Source: Euprymna scolopes (Eukaryota). Taken from it: a stretch of 64,000 bases of DNA. The position numbers and the translations under genes are program-made. Under the pieces are notes generated by a model, which worked only from the letters and a program-made list of their open reading frames with translations, made no database searches and was not told the DNA's origin. The stretch lies in assembly GCA_053919585.1 (NCBI GenBank), contig CM132825.1. The stretch is one strand, 5' to 3'. Positions 13,749 through 27,485 of the stretch are shown piece after piece (position 1 is the first letter of the stretch; each line of letters begins with the position of its first letter).

Positions 13749-13885
13749 GCGTTTGGGGGCCACATTTGATCGTGGTGCCAACGAGTGTGATGCTCAACTG
13801 GGAAATGGAGTTTAAAAAATGGTGCCCAGCATTTAAAATTTTAACATATTATGGTAATCCGAAAGAAAGAAAAGCTAAAAGAACG
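13749..13885 (+). CDS. dom: domino exon 12 (WGPHLIVVPTSVMLNWEMEFKKWCP)
   Basis: tttag / ACG|gtaag; motif Ia. Confidence 0.96.
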
Positions 13886-15227
13886 GTAAGTTTTTTTATA
13901 AAAGGTAAATCGCTTTCCATGAATGCAAAACTATACCATCCTGACTGCAGTATTTCAGATCGAAAAAAAATTGCATGTCTTCATAAGAAATTGTTGCATA
14001 ATGTGTCATTTGGTATGGCTACATCGCCCGTTATTGGTCATTCAAACCAAATATGTATCCTACATTGATGGTGGCCTGATCTTAGCATAAACAAAATGAA
14101 AACAGAAAATAAAATTTGTCTTCCATAAAATATCTAACCTTAGTCTGAAACAAGACAGAAAATGAAAATAAAGGAAAAATTTCATTTTTGGTTATTTTAT
14201 TTGTTGGGATATATATGTCTCAATTTTCAAATCTGCATCCAACTAAGTGGGCAGCAACAGATGCAAGCCATCCAAGCAAGTTGTTTAAGTTGAAATTGAT
14301 ATAACTGTCTTCAGAGGTTCGAATGTCCTTAAAATGGAGGATCATTTTGTGTTAAATTTATATGCACAGTTGATTCTCCTTAAATTTAATTCTAATTTTC
14401 TTGCTTTTTTTCCTCTTCAAGTTCAAACATAATTGCCTTGAAAAACAATGTTTTTATTTTAAATTTGTGACCTGACTAGAATTAAGTCAAATTGATAAGA
14501 ATGAATATTTTGCAATAAAATTTTATGGATTTCTAAAGATCTTCCTGGATAGATATGATTCCACAAAAATCTTTTTCACCAATTTAAATTTTGGAAAAAA
14601 AATTTATGGAAACTTACTGTATCACAACACTTTAACTTTGATAACTGATTATGGTCAAACTATTTGACAAACCCAAAGTACAAATAAGACATTTTTTTCC
14701 TTGATTTTGAATGCCAAACTTGCTCAAATTCCCACCACTCAGTGCATTAGAATTGAGTGAAACATGCAAGTAGCCTTTACACATTTAACATTGCTAAAAC
14801 TTCAAAAAAAAAAAAAAAAAAAATACACACGTAAATAACATTAGTTCCTTTGGTTTGATGTAGCTTCTACATGATTTTACAGGGTTATTGCAATTTTGTC
14901 ATTCCAGTTTTTAGTATTTTACAAGTTACCTTCAAAATGAAACTATTGGTCTTGAATATTACATAATAATAGAATGCTCAAGATAACTGGAAATTGCTTT
15001 AAATTTTAAGCCAAAAATTGTTTTTTACAGAACAAATACAGGGTATCAAATCCTAGAAAGCAACTATGAATAAAGTCAAATTTTGCTTTAAAGTTATATT
15101 AGTTAGGATTATGATTTAATTAGGGATGAGTCATTTATATACAAAGATGAATAATAATAAAAAATGTACTGTCAAAACTTATATGTTGTAGTAGTAGAAA
15201 TTGCAGTATTTTCTATTGTCGTTGCAG

Positions 15228-15338
15228 GGTTGGACAAAAACAAATGCTTTCCACGTTTGTATAACATCTTACAAACTTGTAATTCAAGATCATCAAGCCT
15301 TTAGACGAAAGAAATGGAAATATTTCATTTTGGATGAA
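15228..15338 (+). CDS. dom: domino exon 13 (GWTKTNAFHVCITSY...ILDE)
   Basis: gcag / GAA|gtaagt; Walker B start. Confidence 0.96.
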
Positions 15339-15640
15339 GTAAGTTATTGTTTTAATATTTATTTCATTCTGTATGTTTTGCTTAAGGTGTTCTCTCTTCA
15401 GCACACGCACACCTATCTGCAAATGCATACTCAACATGTTATGTACACATTTCTGATATTCAGCATTATTTTTTTTCAAAATATAGTTTTTTGATTTGCA
15501 TTTAAACTAAAGTATTTGTTTTATAATTTATAAATATCTCCAATCCATTTCAATTTCAAGCTTTTATTCAATTTGTTACACTAAAGCATTGTTTGTTATT
15601 TTACTTTGAATAATTTGAATGTATTTTAAACTTTTAACAG

Positions 15641-15892
15641 GCCCAAAATATAAAGAACTTCAAGTCTCAGCGTTGGCAAACCCTCCTGAACTTCCAAAGT
15701 CAGCGACGACTTCTGTTAACAGGAACTCCCCTCCAAAACAGTTTAATGGAACTTTGGTCACTGATGCATTTCCTCATGCCAAATGTTTTTGCCTCCCATA
15801 AAGACTTCAAGGAATGGTTTGCAAATCCACTTTCAGGAATGATTGAAGGAAGTCATGAATACAATGACAATCTTATCAAACGTTTGCATAAA
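15641..15892 (+). CDS. dom: domino exon 14 (AQNIKNFKSQRWQTLL...LLTGTPLQN...KRLHK)
   Basis: acag / AAA|gtaag; motif II end and motif III; frame differs from the ORF-track call. Confidence 0.96.
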
Positions 15893-17189
15893 GTAAGCTT
15901 TATTTTTATTTTCTTGTCTTAAGAAATATGGCTTATTGCATTTTTATTAAATTTTAATGTTTTGAAAGTAGTTTTTAATTTAATTATCATTTTTTTTGTT
16001 TGCATTAAATAATTCTTTTAAATATGTAGAATTTATTCAATAACAGCAAATATTAATGTTTGGAACATTTCATTCATCAAAATGCATAACATTTACTTTT
16101 AATAGTAAGACGGACAGTTTTTAATGTGATGAAAAATGAATTTTGGATTCAGATATAAATAAGAATTGCTTAAGTGTTCAAGGATTTCTTCACTAACCTA
16201 GGATAAAAAAGGAAACCTATGTGAATCTAAAAATATCTAGTTTACTGAATTATCTACTAAAACAATACTTAGTACTGCAGTGAGGAAGAATCAAAACAAG
16301 GTTTTCCTTAATTGGTAGACATTTTGAACTTGTTTTTCTAAGTAAAAACATAAATATACAAAAATTTTTCTCCATTTCTGAAATAGTTTTAAGCAACAAG
16401 AAAATATTTTTAAAATTTAAAAAAAAGGTAGAATCTCATTTTGGTGGAAGAGGCTTAGCTGAGGGTATTTTCTAGAAAGTAGTTCACCATGACCTGTTTT
16501 TAGGGGAGAAAAATATTTCGTGATACATTTTCCAATGTTTTGATTTTTCAATGACTCTCATTCATTAATAGTTTACCTTTTAAAAATGCATATTTTTTAT
16601 TAGTTCATTTTGTTTTAAAAGATTTCACTAGGTATTTGAATAAAGCCATTTTCTTTTGTGTCAAAAACTTTTGATATTGAAGTAGAATGGACCTATTTTT
16701 GAGATTCCCTTATATGCACTTTTAAACAAAAATGAAGATATTAAAGCAATAAAGTCTGAAAATGCACAGAAATGGATTTATAAGTCAAATTATGAAAGTA
16801 AGATCACTCTTATAACAAATTTGATTATTTATATCCCATAAGATATTTTGAAAAATTTACTTTTGTTGGAATCGTCCGTTTCACTGTCCTCTTATCTACC
16901 TTCATTATTACGTCTGATTGTTTTTACATGCTGTTGGAGTCATCAAAACTAAGGACTACTGTAAGTGGAGTCGAGTTAAGATAACCAATATTAAATTTTC
17001 AACCCCTTTAGAAGTCAATAAAGGCCTGTAAAAAAAAAAAAAGTATCATTTAAAACCAAAATATCATTAAAAAAAAAAAAAGAAATTGTATTTCACTCAA
17101 TCTACAAATTTTTGATGACGCTTATTCTTACGTTCATATTTTTCCTGTCTTGTATTTTTTATACTAATCAATCTTATTTGCATTTTCAG

Positions 17190-17326
17190 GTTTTACGTCC
17201 ATTCTTATTGCGACGATTGAAAGATGATGTTGAAAAACAAATGCCCAAAAAATATGAACATGTTATCATGTGTCGATTGTCGAAGAGGCAAAGATTTCTC
17301 TATGATGAATTCATGTCTCAGACTAA
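17190..17326 (+). CDS. dom: domino exon 15 ([24 protein letters not shown])
   Basis: ttcag / AA|gtaagt. Confidence 0.96.
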
Positions 17327-17946
17327 GTAAGTAACACTACCATAAAATACTGAGCACTTTTTTTTTTTCATCTGTTAGAAAAAGAATTTCTCATTTTTGT
17401 GTATTTATTGGCATAGAAAAAGTATATATTAGCACACTGTTTTGCTATTCATCATGATTCTATAGAACAAAAATAACCAATATCCACGAATTCTATGGGA
17501 ACCCTGTGTCTAAGTTGCTAAAATTTTATAATGCTACCAATTTCTCCAATTATTTCGTAACTTTAAAAAGTTAAGAAATTGTACATTTACATGATTTTTT
17601 GTTTTGATGGATCTTAATCGGCTGTTGAATGGAAACTAGGCTGGTTTATGGTACAAATATTATTAATCAGATTGTTTTATTGAAATTAAAAATTTAATCA
17701 AAAAACTGAAACGAATAAAAAAATTTTTAAAAAATGCAAACATTATAATATTGCATTTTTTTCTGAGTCCTTCTCCACCTGGCAATATGTCCTCACATGT
17801 ACCCTGTCAGGTAAATGCAGTTAGGTTCGTTTCATATACATTATAATTGTTATAGTATTTATAGAATAGACAATGTTTTGTGATGCACTTGATATTCTAA
17901 GTTGCTCATATTTGTACTTTTCTTTTTTTTCTTTTTCCTCCTATAG

Positions 17947-18133
17947 AACGAAAGAAACTTTAGCCACTGGTCATTTCATGAGTGTGATTAATGTGCTGAT
18001 GCAACTTCGTAAAGTTTGTAATCATCCTAACCTTTTTGATCCACGACCGATAGTGTCACCTTTTCAAATGGAAGGGTTAGTCTATTCAACTGCATCCCAA
18101 GTTGTGAAAGCATTGGAAAAGGAACCTTTTGAG
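17947..18133 (+). CDS. dom: domino exon 16 (LMQLRKVCNHPNLFDPRP)
   Basis: atag / GAG|gtaag. Confidence 0.95.
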
Positions 18134-18432
18134 GTAAGATATTATCTAAACTATTTTTGTAACATTTAAATTTTTAGAAACTACTAAACAGCCTGTATCC
18201 AATTGGTTAAGCATTTATTTATGTTAGTTAATATATAATTTAACTTTGATTTGTTATTACAAAAATTAAAAATGAAAGGATGCCAGAATACAATGTGATG
18301 TCATAATAGACACTAATCCTCCTTTATACATCTCTTCCCCCACCTGCCACCTTATAAGATAAAGGATAGGAAAAACATTGTGTATATCAATTTAAAAAAA
18401 TAAAACATTTTTTTTTTTTCTTCCTATTTCAG

Positions 18433-18630
18433 TCTGTTAATTTGCGGCTGCTCTATCCCAGTTTGTGTGACATGGAGTATGATTTACCTAAATTCATATC
18501 AGAGCGTGTTCACAAGCTACGAACCTCTCGAAATTTAATTTTAGAAATAGACAGCCAACCAGACCCACCTCTACGACCTAAGCCAACTAAATTAAAATCT
18601 TTACACTTGAAGAGTTCTTCTTTGATTCAG
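18433..18630 (+). CDS. dom: domino exon 17 (start of ATPase insertion)
   Basis: ttcag / CAG|gtaagt, phase 0/0. Confidence 0.88.
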
Positions 18631-19057
18631 GTAAGTTAGTAAATTGTTTTCTCTTTTTCATGACTTTATAAGAATTATCTTTTTGCGATATTGACTTGAA
18701 ACCTCATTTCCCCTTATTTCTATTTTGTTACTCTAATTTATCGTAGTATAATTCTAATTGGTAGATATTGTTTTATAAATTTTATTTTCATATCAGAAGT
18801 AAAAGATTTTCATTATTAATAATTGTATGGCAGTTTGATAAATGAGTGATTAATTTTAAGTGTTGAAAGTAATTCGCAATTGTATTTTTCACTGAGAATT
18901 AAACCTTCAATCTCTAGAAGAGTGTTATTTACAACTGAAAAAAATTTTTTCCCTCTAAAATACTATTGTGATCACTATTTAATGAATACTACTTTCATTC
19001 TGGGAAGAAAGCAAATTAACGTCTTAAATATTTAGAAAATGTGATTTCTCTTTTTTT

Positions 19058-19089
<32 letters not shown>

Positions 19090-19319
19090 TTTTTTTTGTT
19101 CTCACAACATTTTAGGCAATGTCATTTCCAGTAATTTACATTGGGGTTTGACTTGAACATGTGGTATGAAGGTTTTAAGCAATAATCAGTTTTAAGTGAC
19201 AGTATTTTGAAGGCGTAATCCTCACTGCAGGCGATACTAAGAATAAAATAAAAGTTACTTAAGAATTCTACTTGGTGATTAATAGAGCGAGAGTATTCCA
19301 ATCCCTGAATTAAATAAAC

Positions 19320-19455
19320 GGAGTTAAAAATTCTACATAGATTCCCCGAGTTCAACAAGATGCACCTGAAGAAGGTTGGAGGTTACATCAACCAAAACAT
19401 TGCGAGAATATCCAAAATAGAACAGTACTCTGAATAATTGAATACATCTTATATA
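19320..19455 (+). repeat. Dispersed repeat with decayed hammerhead-like core (Penelope-like terminal repeat candidate)
   Basis: cctgaagaaggttg...caacc-aaaac at 19365-19398; second copy at 9720-9870. Confidence 0.45.
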
Positions 19456-19634
19456 TTGTTGATCAAAATTTAAATTTTTATGCTCATTTTAGCCTGTGTT
19501 TATTACTGCATATCTGAACATCTATCCTGGATTTTATTTGCAAATATTTTGATTTATCTTTCCTATTAACCACCCTCTTTTTGTGAAACATTTTTAATAT
19601 ATTTTCGATTGTTTTAAAATCCTTTTTCATTTAG

Positions 19635-19761
19635 CCTGGAAGAGGTTCACCTGTATCAACTCCACAGACTTCTACAACTCCAACTACAATTATTGCTGCA
19701 AAACCAAATATAGTTAAACCTGTTACAGTTATACCTCAGGCATCTGTGTGTACAACTCAAC
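19635..19761 (+). CDS. dom: domino exon 18 (PGRGSPVSTP..., insertion region)
   Basis: ttag / C|gtaagt, phase 0 to 1, open frame. Confidence 0.8.
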
Positions 19762-19886
19762 GTAAGTGTTGCTTGTATTTTGTGTAAACAGGAAAAACGC
19801 TTCATGCGTTTTATATTTTTCATATTAATTACTTTAAAAAATTAACAATATAAAAAAAATTATAAAACTTTTTATTTCTATTTTAG

Positions 19887-20084
19887 CTACCATGCCAATT
19901 CGAATTGGATTAGTTCCTCAAATCCGTGCAAATATTCCACATCAACAAACTCAAAGTGGAGTATCTGGAACGCCATCATCAATTGCCGCTGTGGTTCTCT
20001 CTTCTGCTAGTGTAGGCACAACACCACAAACTCTGTCTCCTTTGCCCAGTTTTGCTACCATCCAAGCAAAAGTGCTACCTCCTG
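19887..20084 (+). CDS. dom: domino exon 19 (low-complexity insertion)
   Basis: tttag / G|gtaagt, phase 1/1. Confidence 0.82.
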
Positions 20085-21309
20085 GTAAGTGAACTGTTCA
20101 TTTCTAAGCAATCATATGTTACTATTTAAATGACATTGTATGATGTCTCATATAAATAATTGATTTAAACTAACTTTTAAAACTTTTCTTTTTTGATTAA
20201 ATTTTTTTTTTTTTTATTTACTATAATTTTATAAATATGGAAATCAGCCTAAAAATAATTACTCCATACTTTGCACAAAATTTTAAATTTAGGATTTCAT
20301 GTTTGCGTTAAGAAAAAAAAAAAACCCAAAAAACACTTATCAACGAAAATAAAATGATTTCAATTATCGCATGCGTTACACTAACTTGTCTTCACTCCTA
20401 CATCACCCCAAAAATCTATATATTTTTTTGTCTATCTATATCACCCTCCTCATCTAGAAATTCTTGGCCACGACACAAAATTGCATTCGTTAGTAAATTT
20501 AGGGAGTTTTTTACACACCTGCACACGCATTAGTGTGTAGTCAGTCTTTGGTTGATATTACTTCCACTTAAAATACTCTTTTAAACACTCGATTTATATA
20601 TTTGAATTCCACACTTGGAGAAACTGTTAAAAAACTAGTGTGCCTATAAAAACTTTTTTCTTTTAAATTTATTTTTCCTAATTAAATCAGTAAATGCATT
20701 TACCCCCTGATTAACTTATGGTTCTTACCCAGAATTTTCCTTATATTAAATAGCAAAAAGTGAGGAAAAATCTTTGTATATACCCATGAATGAATGAAAA
20801 TATATTCTAAAAGTCACATAAATTGCTCAAACAGTTTTATTTTTATAAAGAAAATCATTTCTATGCAATTAATTGGAATTCTAGAAATCGGTCTCCAACA
20901 TCATGGCAGAAATCTTGCAAATTGGAATTGTTGAATTATCCTTTGTTTCTTGAGATTATTTTTCAAGATGGTGACGTGAGACAGTTGTCCCCCCCCCCTT
21001 ATTTATAAAATTTGATTTTCTTTAAAATAAAATTACTTAGTCGATTTACATGATTTTTAAAAAAATATTTTTGTTCTTTATGAGAGTATGGATTTTTCTT
21101 CATTTTTGCTTAAATATAGTGGAAATTCTGGACAAAAACCCAAGTTAAATTAAAATTCATTGAAATATATTAAGAACTTGAAACAGCTTTAGCAAAATGA
21201 CTGGATTTAGCACTAGATTATTCTGACTACTAAATTTAGAAGTTTTTGGTTTTCTGATATGTATACATTTGTAGGTGTAAGGTGCATGGATGTTTTGTCA
21301 TAAGTAGCA

Positions 21310-21465
21310 CTGTGACAACAGAATATTCTTTTCACTGTTTTGACTCTTGAGTATAAATCCGTTGATATGTTTTTATATAAAGTGTAATTCTTGGTTGATT
21401 AACTGAGTCTGTGTCGGATATATACTCAAAGTCAAAACAATGAAAAGAATATGCTGTTGTCACAG
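21310..21465. mobile_element. MITE-like inverted repeat (~50-bp arms, ~53-bp spacer)
   Basis: ctgtgacaacagaatattcttttcactgttttgact..gagtata.atccg pairs with cggatatatactcaaagtcaaaacaatgaaaagaatatgctgttgtcacag. Confidence 0.75.
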
Positions 21466-22952
21466 CCCTAGTCATAAGTTAGCCGGCTGATTTCTATGTC
21501 CAAAGCTATTCATAATACAACCTATTTTAAATCTATTAATGTTTTGCAATTTCTTTGTTTTGTTTTTTTATGTTGATGAGTAATTTAAATTTCAACGACT
21601 ATTCTCAATTTGTTATATTCAGAATGTTTTGGACCAATATAACCTCTGACCTTTTTAAGCATCTTTTCAAAATTTGTGCAAACTTGGAATGTAATTGTTA
21701 AAAGCTTTTTCTTTTTTTAATTTTTTTTTTTTATTTGGAGTAATCTGAATCTTGAAATTTCAATTCTTATGGGCAATAACTAAAAATAATATAAATTAAC
21801 ACTTCCTCTTTGTCAATGCTGATGGAATGAGAACAGTCTACATACATGGATTAGACAAAGGATTTGGTTCAATTGAAAGCTTTTTAAATTTTAAAAAATG
21901 CATTTGAAGATCGGAGGTTATACGAGTCGAAATGTGAATATAAAAAAAGATCAAAATAGTAATCTGAAAAATTGATGATTTTTCAAACTTATTAGGATAT
22001 GTAATATTTAAAGACCAGAACATTTTTTGTAGAACAACTGTTCCATTTAAGAATGCTATTTAATTTGGTATTTAAGACTATTTTATTTGGTGTAGCATTT
22101 CGTTAGAATCATAAGTTAGTGATTCACTCAATTTAAATAAAATGCTGATACTTGACAAATGATTATATCTAAACATATTTTTTTTACATACTGAATTATT
22201 TTTCGCCTTAATTTTTATATTTCAATGTGTATGGGTATATATACATATATATCCCCAAACATTTGATTAAATAGTACAGACATATTATGTCTGCATATCT
22301 TGTTTTATCCTCTCAAGTTGTCTACTGAGTGTTTGAAACTAGCTGATGAATTCGCCATAATGGTTATGGACTTTTCGTTTATTCTAGAACCGTCATTGGG
22401 TAGTTAAGTATCAAGTAAATACAGCAAGCTATTAGCCCTTTTAATGGAGCTTTTTGTGGAACAGTTAAGATTAATCATAGTATTATAGCATTAGTATTAT
22501 TAAAGATATTTTCATTGTATTAAAAAAAATTTATTTTATTTCTAGTATTTTCTATTTTAGTTATTAATCTTAACTGTCATGCTAAAATCTCATATTCAAG
22601 AGTTTACTGTCTTTACTTGATACCAACCTTGATGACGGGTCGAAAGTACTAGAGTTCATAACCGGCAAGTTTATCAGTTTAAAATTAGAATATTCATTAA
22701 CTCATTAGCCAATTTCAGCAGATAAAAATAAAGATATTAAGACATACTATTTTTCCATACTATTTAACTAAATATGCTTGCCCAAATAAACATTTATATA
22801 ATGGTATACTTGTTATTGTGAAATATTTTAATCAAATAAGATCAGCCTTTGATCACAGTTAAATCGGGTGAATCTAATGTCCATATTCATTTGTAAAAAA
22901 AAAAAAAAAAAAAAAATTATATTTGGGTATCAATTGTACGTCTTGAATCTAG

Positions 22953-23135
22953 GTTCACGTACAAATTTCATGACAGGTACAATACATACATCAACAGCAG
23001 TTGCAGCGACAACATCCACTTCCTCTTCAACGTCCACCTCTGTCCTACCTTCCCAACCCTTCACTGTTCAGATTCAACAAACAGACCAAGGAACCCGGCT
23101 TATGATCCCCACTGGCCAATTTTCTCAGTTTTCAA
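22953..23135 (+). CDS. dom: domino exon 20 (insertion; alternative in-frame acceptor at 22977)
   Basis: ctag or acag acceptor, A|gtatgt donor, phase 1/1. Confidence 0.78.
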
Positions 23136-23391
23136 GTATGTATATTTTTTATGATCTAGTAAAAGATAAGACATGTATTTTTTTTTTTTTTTTTAACTCA
23201 ACCATTTCAGAGTCATTAGATTATAAAATGAATGTCAACTGCTCTAGGTTAAATTAAAAATATAAATTTATATCAAATTGAATTTTAATTTTCAATATGT
23301 GATCCATTGGATAATTTTGTTATACTACCATTAAAAATAAACTGTAAATATGTATTTTATTGCGACAAAATCCCTTAACGCACTTGTCTTT

Positions 23392-23795
23392 CTCTTTCTT
23401 TTTTACATCACCCCTCTTTCTTTACCCCCCTTTCTTTACATCACCCCTCTCTTTTTTGCTTTACACCACCCATCTTTCTTTACATCACCCCTCTCTTTTG
23501 CTTTACACCACCCCTCTCTTTTGCTTTACACCACCCCTCTCTTTTGCTTTACACCACCCCTCTCTTTTGCTTTACACCACCCCTCTCTTTTGCTTTACAC
23601 CACCCCTCTCTCTTTTGCTTTACACCACCCCTCTCTCTTTTGCTTTACACCACCCCTCTCTTTTGCTTTACACCACCCCTCTCTTTTGCTTTACACCACC
23701 CCTCTCTTTTGCTTTACACCACCCCTCTCTTTTGCTTTACACCACCCCTCTCTCTTTTGCTTTACACCACCCCTCTCTCTTTTGCTTTACACCAC
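23392..23795. repeat. 23/25-bp pyrimidine-rich minisatellite, roughly 15 copies
   Basis: Unit ttttgctttacaccacccctctc(tc). Confidence 0.92.
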
Positions 23796-23993
23796 TGTTT
23801 TTCCTATTTGTCCTTATGCACTTATCTGTTCCCCTATCACCTATTTGCTTTCTCTTATCATCTAAAAATAAGTGTGCATGCTGACAAGCAATTAAGATAA
23901 TGTCAAAGTTTTAGTATGTATGAATTTTATTTATTAATTGTAAAAAAAAAAAAAAAAAAAAAAATTATTTAAAAATGTCTGCTCTTCTTTTAG

Positions 23994-24116
23994 CCGGTTT
24001 CATTCAGATTGTTCAAACCTCATCTGGACAACAACTTATAGCTACCTCCACCCCTCCAGTACAGTCGGTAATTCCTGTACAAACTGTAACAACTTCCTCT
24101 TCTGCCATGCCTGTTG
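23994..24116 (+). CDS. dom: domino exon 21 (GFIQIVQTSSGQQL)
   Basis: tttag / G|gtaagt, phase 1/1. Confidence 0.82.
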
Positions 24117-24908
24117 GTAAGTTGATATCTTTGATTTTCATTATTTCTCTTCACATTTTTATCTTTAATTATAAATTAGCAAAGTTAAATGTTTATATAT
24201 ATATATATATATAATCAACAATATTAGCATATAAGTAACATTGATTTTGTATTGACAAATGCATTTCTGATATATCACAATGCTGGCTAGAAACAGTTAG
24301 GTATAAAGAAAATAAAAAAAATTTCTTTATATATAAAGTAATTGTGATCTAAAAAAAAGGAAAAAATTAAAATAAAAATGTTAAAAAAATAAAATAAAAC
24401 AAAGAAACTAAAAAAAAAAGCAAAAACAAACTTTGATCAACATTAAGTAAATACATCTATAATATTATCAAAGTTAAAGTAAAATACACAATATCAGTTT
24501 TATTATTAATACATAGATGAATAATAGTTTCTTGTTCAGAATTCAACCTAATTAAAAAAAATACAAAAACAATCTTTATAATGTACCCATCACAGAATGA
24601 AAAAATCACAAATTGATAGTTTTTTTTATATAAAGAAAATCATTTTTAGATGATTTGAAACAACTAATGCGAAATCATTAGGATTACAATTTGAATTATT
24701 GTGAGATTATTTGCTTATCCCCCCCCCCTTTTTTTTAACATGGTTTTTAGTTAAAAACAAAAGTACTTATGTGATTTTTGAAATGACATCTTTGTTCTGT
24801 GATGGGTAGGTACATTATAATGATTTTTCTGTGCTTTTGTTTTTAATTGGGTTGAATTTTAAGACTTAAATATCTTAAAAAATAACCATATTTTTGGTAT
24901 ATTTCCAG

Positions 24909-25232
24909 TGAATGGTCCTGGCTTAGTATCCAGTTTGTCATCTTCAAGCACATCTATTGCAAGTAGTAGTACCACCACTACTACTACTAGTAATACTACA
25001 GCAGTTACTTCAGCAGTCCCAACATTGGTAAAAACAGTTCATCTACCCATTACAACATCAGCAGCTACGGCAGGGAAACCTGTTATGAAAGTACAACCTC
25101 TGTCCACGGAACTTTCGTCAACAATGCAGTACCATTACCAACACCAACAGAAATCATCTCAGGTGGTGCTAGCCACTGCCACTGCTGCTGCCGCCACAAC
25201 TACAACCACATCTTCCATGGCACAAACACTGG
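24909..25232 (+). CDS. dom: domino exon 22 (Ser/Thr-rich insertion)
   Basis: ccag / G|gtaggt, phase 1/1. Confidence 0.82.
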
Positions 25233-25371
25233 GTAGGTTTTATTTCAATAACATTATTTTCATTAAAAAAAAAAAAATAAAATAAAAATAAGAAATAAGT
25301 AAAAGGATAGGTTCTTGTCTAGAATTCCCCCATATTTAAGAAAAAAAAAAAAAAAAAAAAATCCATGAAAA

Positions 25372-25403
<32 letters not shown>

Positions 25404-26093
25404 TGCAAATCATTTATTTTTTGAGAAAATCGAGTAATATTAGGCAGCTATCTTGTCCACCATTTTGAAAACAAGCTTTAAAAACCAAAAAAGAATAAAA
25501 CAAAGGACGATAACTTTCACAATAATGGAAACTTGTGAGATTTGTTGTAATGCCTACAAATTGCCATGAATTGCTTGAAAATGATTTTCTTGGAAAAAAT
25601 AAAATTACTTGATTAATATATGTAATTTTACTGAATACGTATAATAAAGATGTTATTTTTTTTGTATGTAAAGACAATTCTGGACAAGAACTAAAGGATA
25701 AATATATCTTAAATTAAGCTTATGTATTTTTTTTTTTTTTTTTTTTTAATTATTTAGTAATGTTGGGTGGGGTGGGAGGGGTTCTAAAAAGTTTTCAAGC
25801 AGCTATTCCTTTATTTTATTTTTTTTTTGAGATGTGACTTGTATCAAGGCAACGCAGTGTAGATTATCTCCTATCTTATAATATGAAGATGCCCTATGGT
25901 TTTGTTGGTCAGGGTTTGTTGACTCAGAATAGTGAATTTTATTTTTTTATTAAAATTCTACTTGTTTATTTTCTATAATTTTATCCATGTTTTTATTTCA
26001 TTTGGAACTGCCATATTTTGTATGCATCTCAACAAATATAATGAACATGAAATAAATAAAACACTGGTTTTTTTTTTTTTTTCTTCTATCCAG

Positions 26094-26215
26094 TTACATC
26101 AAGACCTACTGGTCATACCAGCATTTTTTACAAACATTTTTCTCCAACTACTACAAAATTACCAACAGCCACAACCAAAACAATTGTTCATCAGATAAGA
26201 TCAGAATTCTACTTG
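26094..26215 (+). CDS. dom: domino exon 23 (...IRSEFYL)
   Basis: ccag / TTG|gtaag, phase 1 to 0. Confidence 0.82.
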
Positions 26216-26574
26216 GTAAGTATTCAAGCTTTTTATCCTTTTTTATTATATAAAATGTAGCTGTTTGTATGTTCATCAAAAAAAACATGCAACAAACACA
26301 TTTTTTTATCAGTGTTAGTGTGGGGAAAAATATCTAAAATATAGGGAGGGGAGTCCAGGAAATAAGTCAGAATTGTATGTTTGCAGTTCTTTGGCATGGT
26401 TATTTCATAAATTTGGCCCTGGGAATGCTCTGTTCTTTATTGTAATCTTTTCTCAAGTTCAGTCATTGACTTTATTGCTTCTAAAATAATTTCCTTTAAA
26501 AAAGCTTATATTTTTTCTGTAAATATTTAACCTTTTCTGTTTCCTTGTATAACTTTTTTTTTCTTCTGTTGCAG

Positions 26575-26888
26575 GAATCTCTTCAGCAAAAAAGAAAGCA
26601 GTGCAGGAGGGAAAAATTGAATATGTTAGACCAAATAAACAAGAGACATTGTGATATGAATGTTGTTTATGGACAAAATTTATTAGATCATTTGAGTCTG
26701 ATGCATCACCCAACAAATCAAGAGTCTACTCGTCATAATTGGAACGGTCATGGATATTTTCATTGTCACAAAGCCCATCTCGATTATTCATATAAATACA
26801 ATTCCTTATGGTGTCGAACTGCAGCAATCGAAAAACTGGTGCATACTCCTGAGCAATATCTTGAAGAATTGTCAGATGTTTTATCTAG
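26575..26888 (+). CDS. dom: domino exon 24 (ESLQQKRKQCRREKL...VYG)
   Basis: gcag / AG|gtaac, phase 0 to 2. Confidence 0.9.
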
Positions 26889-27047
26889 GTAACAACTTTT
26901 ATAAATTCATATTCTTGTGATTTTGTTTTACTTACACTTTATGCTTATATTAAATGTAATTTCAAGAATCAATTTTTTCATGTTCACAAAATAAAGATGC
27001 TCCAGTGTATCCTATGCTTACAATGTAAACATTTAAAAAAAAAACTT

Positions 27048-27118
27048 GCAATAACCCTTATCCCTGAGTGGCTTCCGGGCCTTGATAAGTGGTGACCACC
27101 GTGTAAAAAGAAAAAAAA
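27048..27118 (+). mobile_element. Isolated 3' tail of the LINE family seen at 7745 and 63055
   Basis: aataacccttatccctgagtggc..ggccttgataagtggtga followed by an A-rich tail. Confidence 0.6.
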
Positions 27119-27485
27119 TGTTTATACAGAACTGATCTGAGGCAGTTTGTAATTTTAAAAAAAAAATTATTTAGCAAAATAATCGCTTTCCTCAAGTGAT
27201 TATTTTTCTTGACAATAAGAAGCTGATACACCTTTCAAAACTTCAATTTAAAACATTTCTACCCATTCCGATAACTTATTTTATTTGGAAATTTTTTTTT
27301 TCTTTTGATAGAACATTATTTACAAATAATCTGATAGCATACTACACATGATAGATAACCTGTGTGTATGATGCCAGTAGTAGGATTACCAATTTCCCTT
27401 GTGATTTTGTCAAGATTAAAAGCGATGTTGGAAAGAAAACCACTGTACTAAAGTATATTTTATTGGGTTTTTTTTTTTTCTCCAG

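Noticed and set aside
23350-23900. Three overlapping ORFs of 118-174 aa
   Set aside because: Artefacts of the stop-free pyrimidine-rich minisatellite
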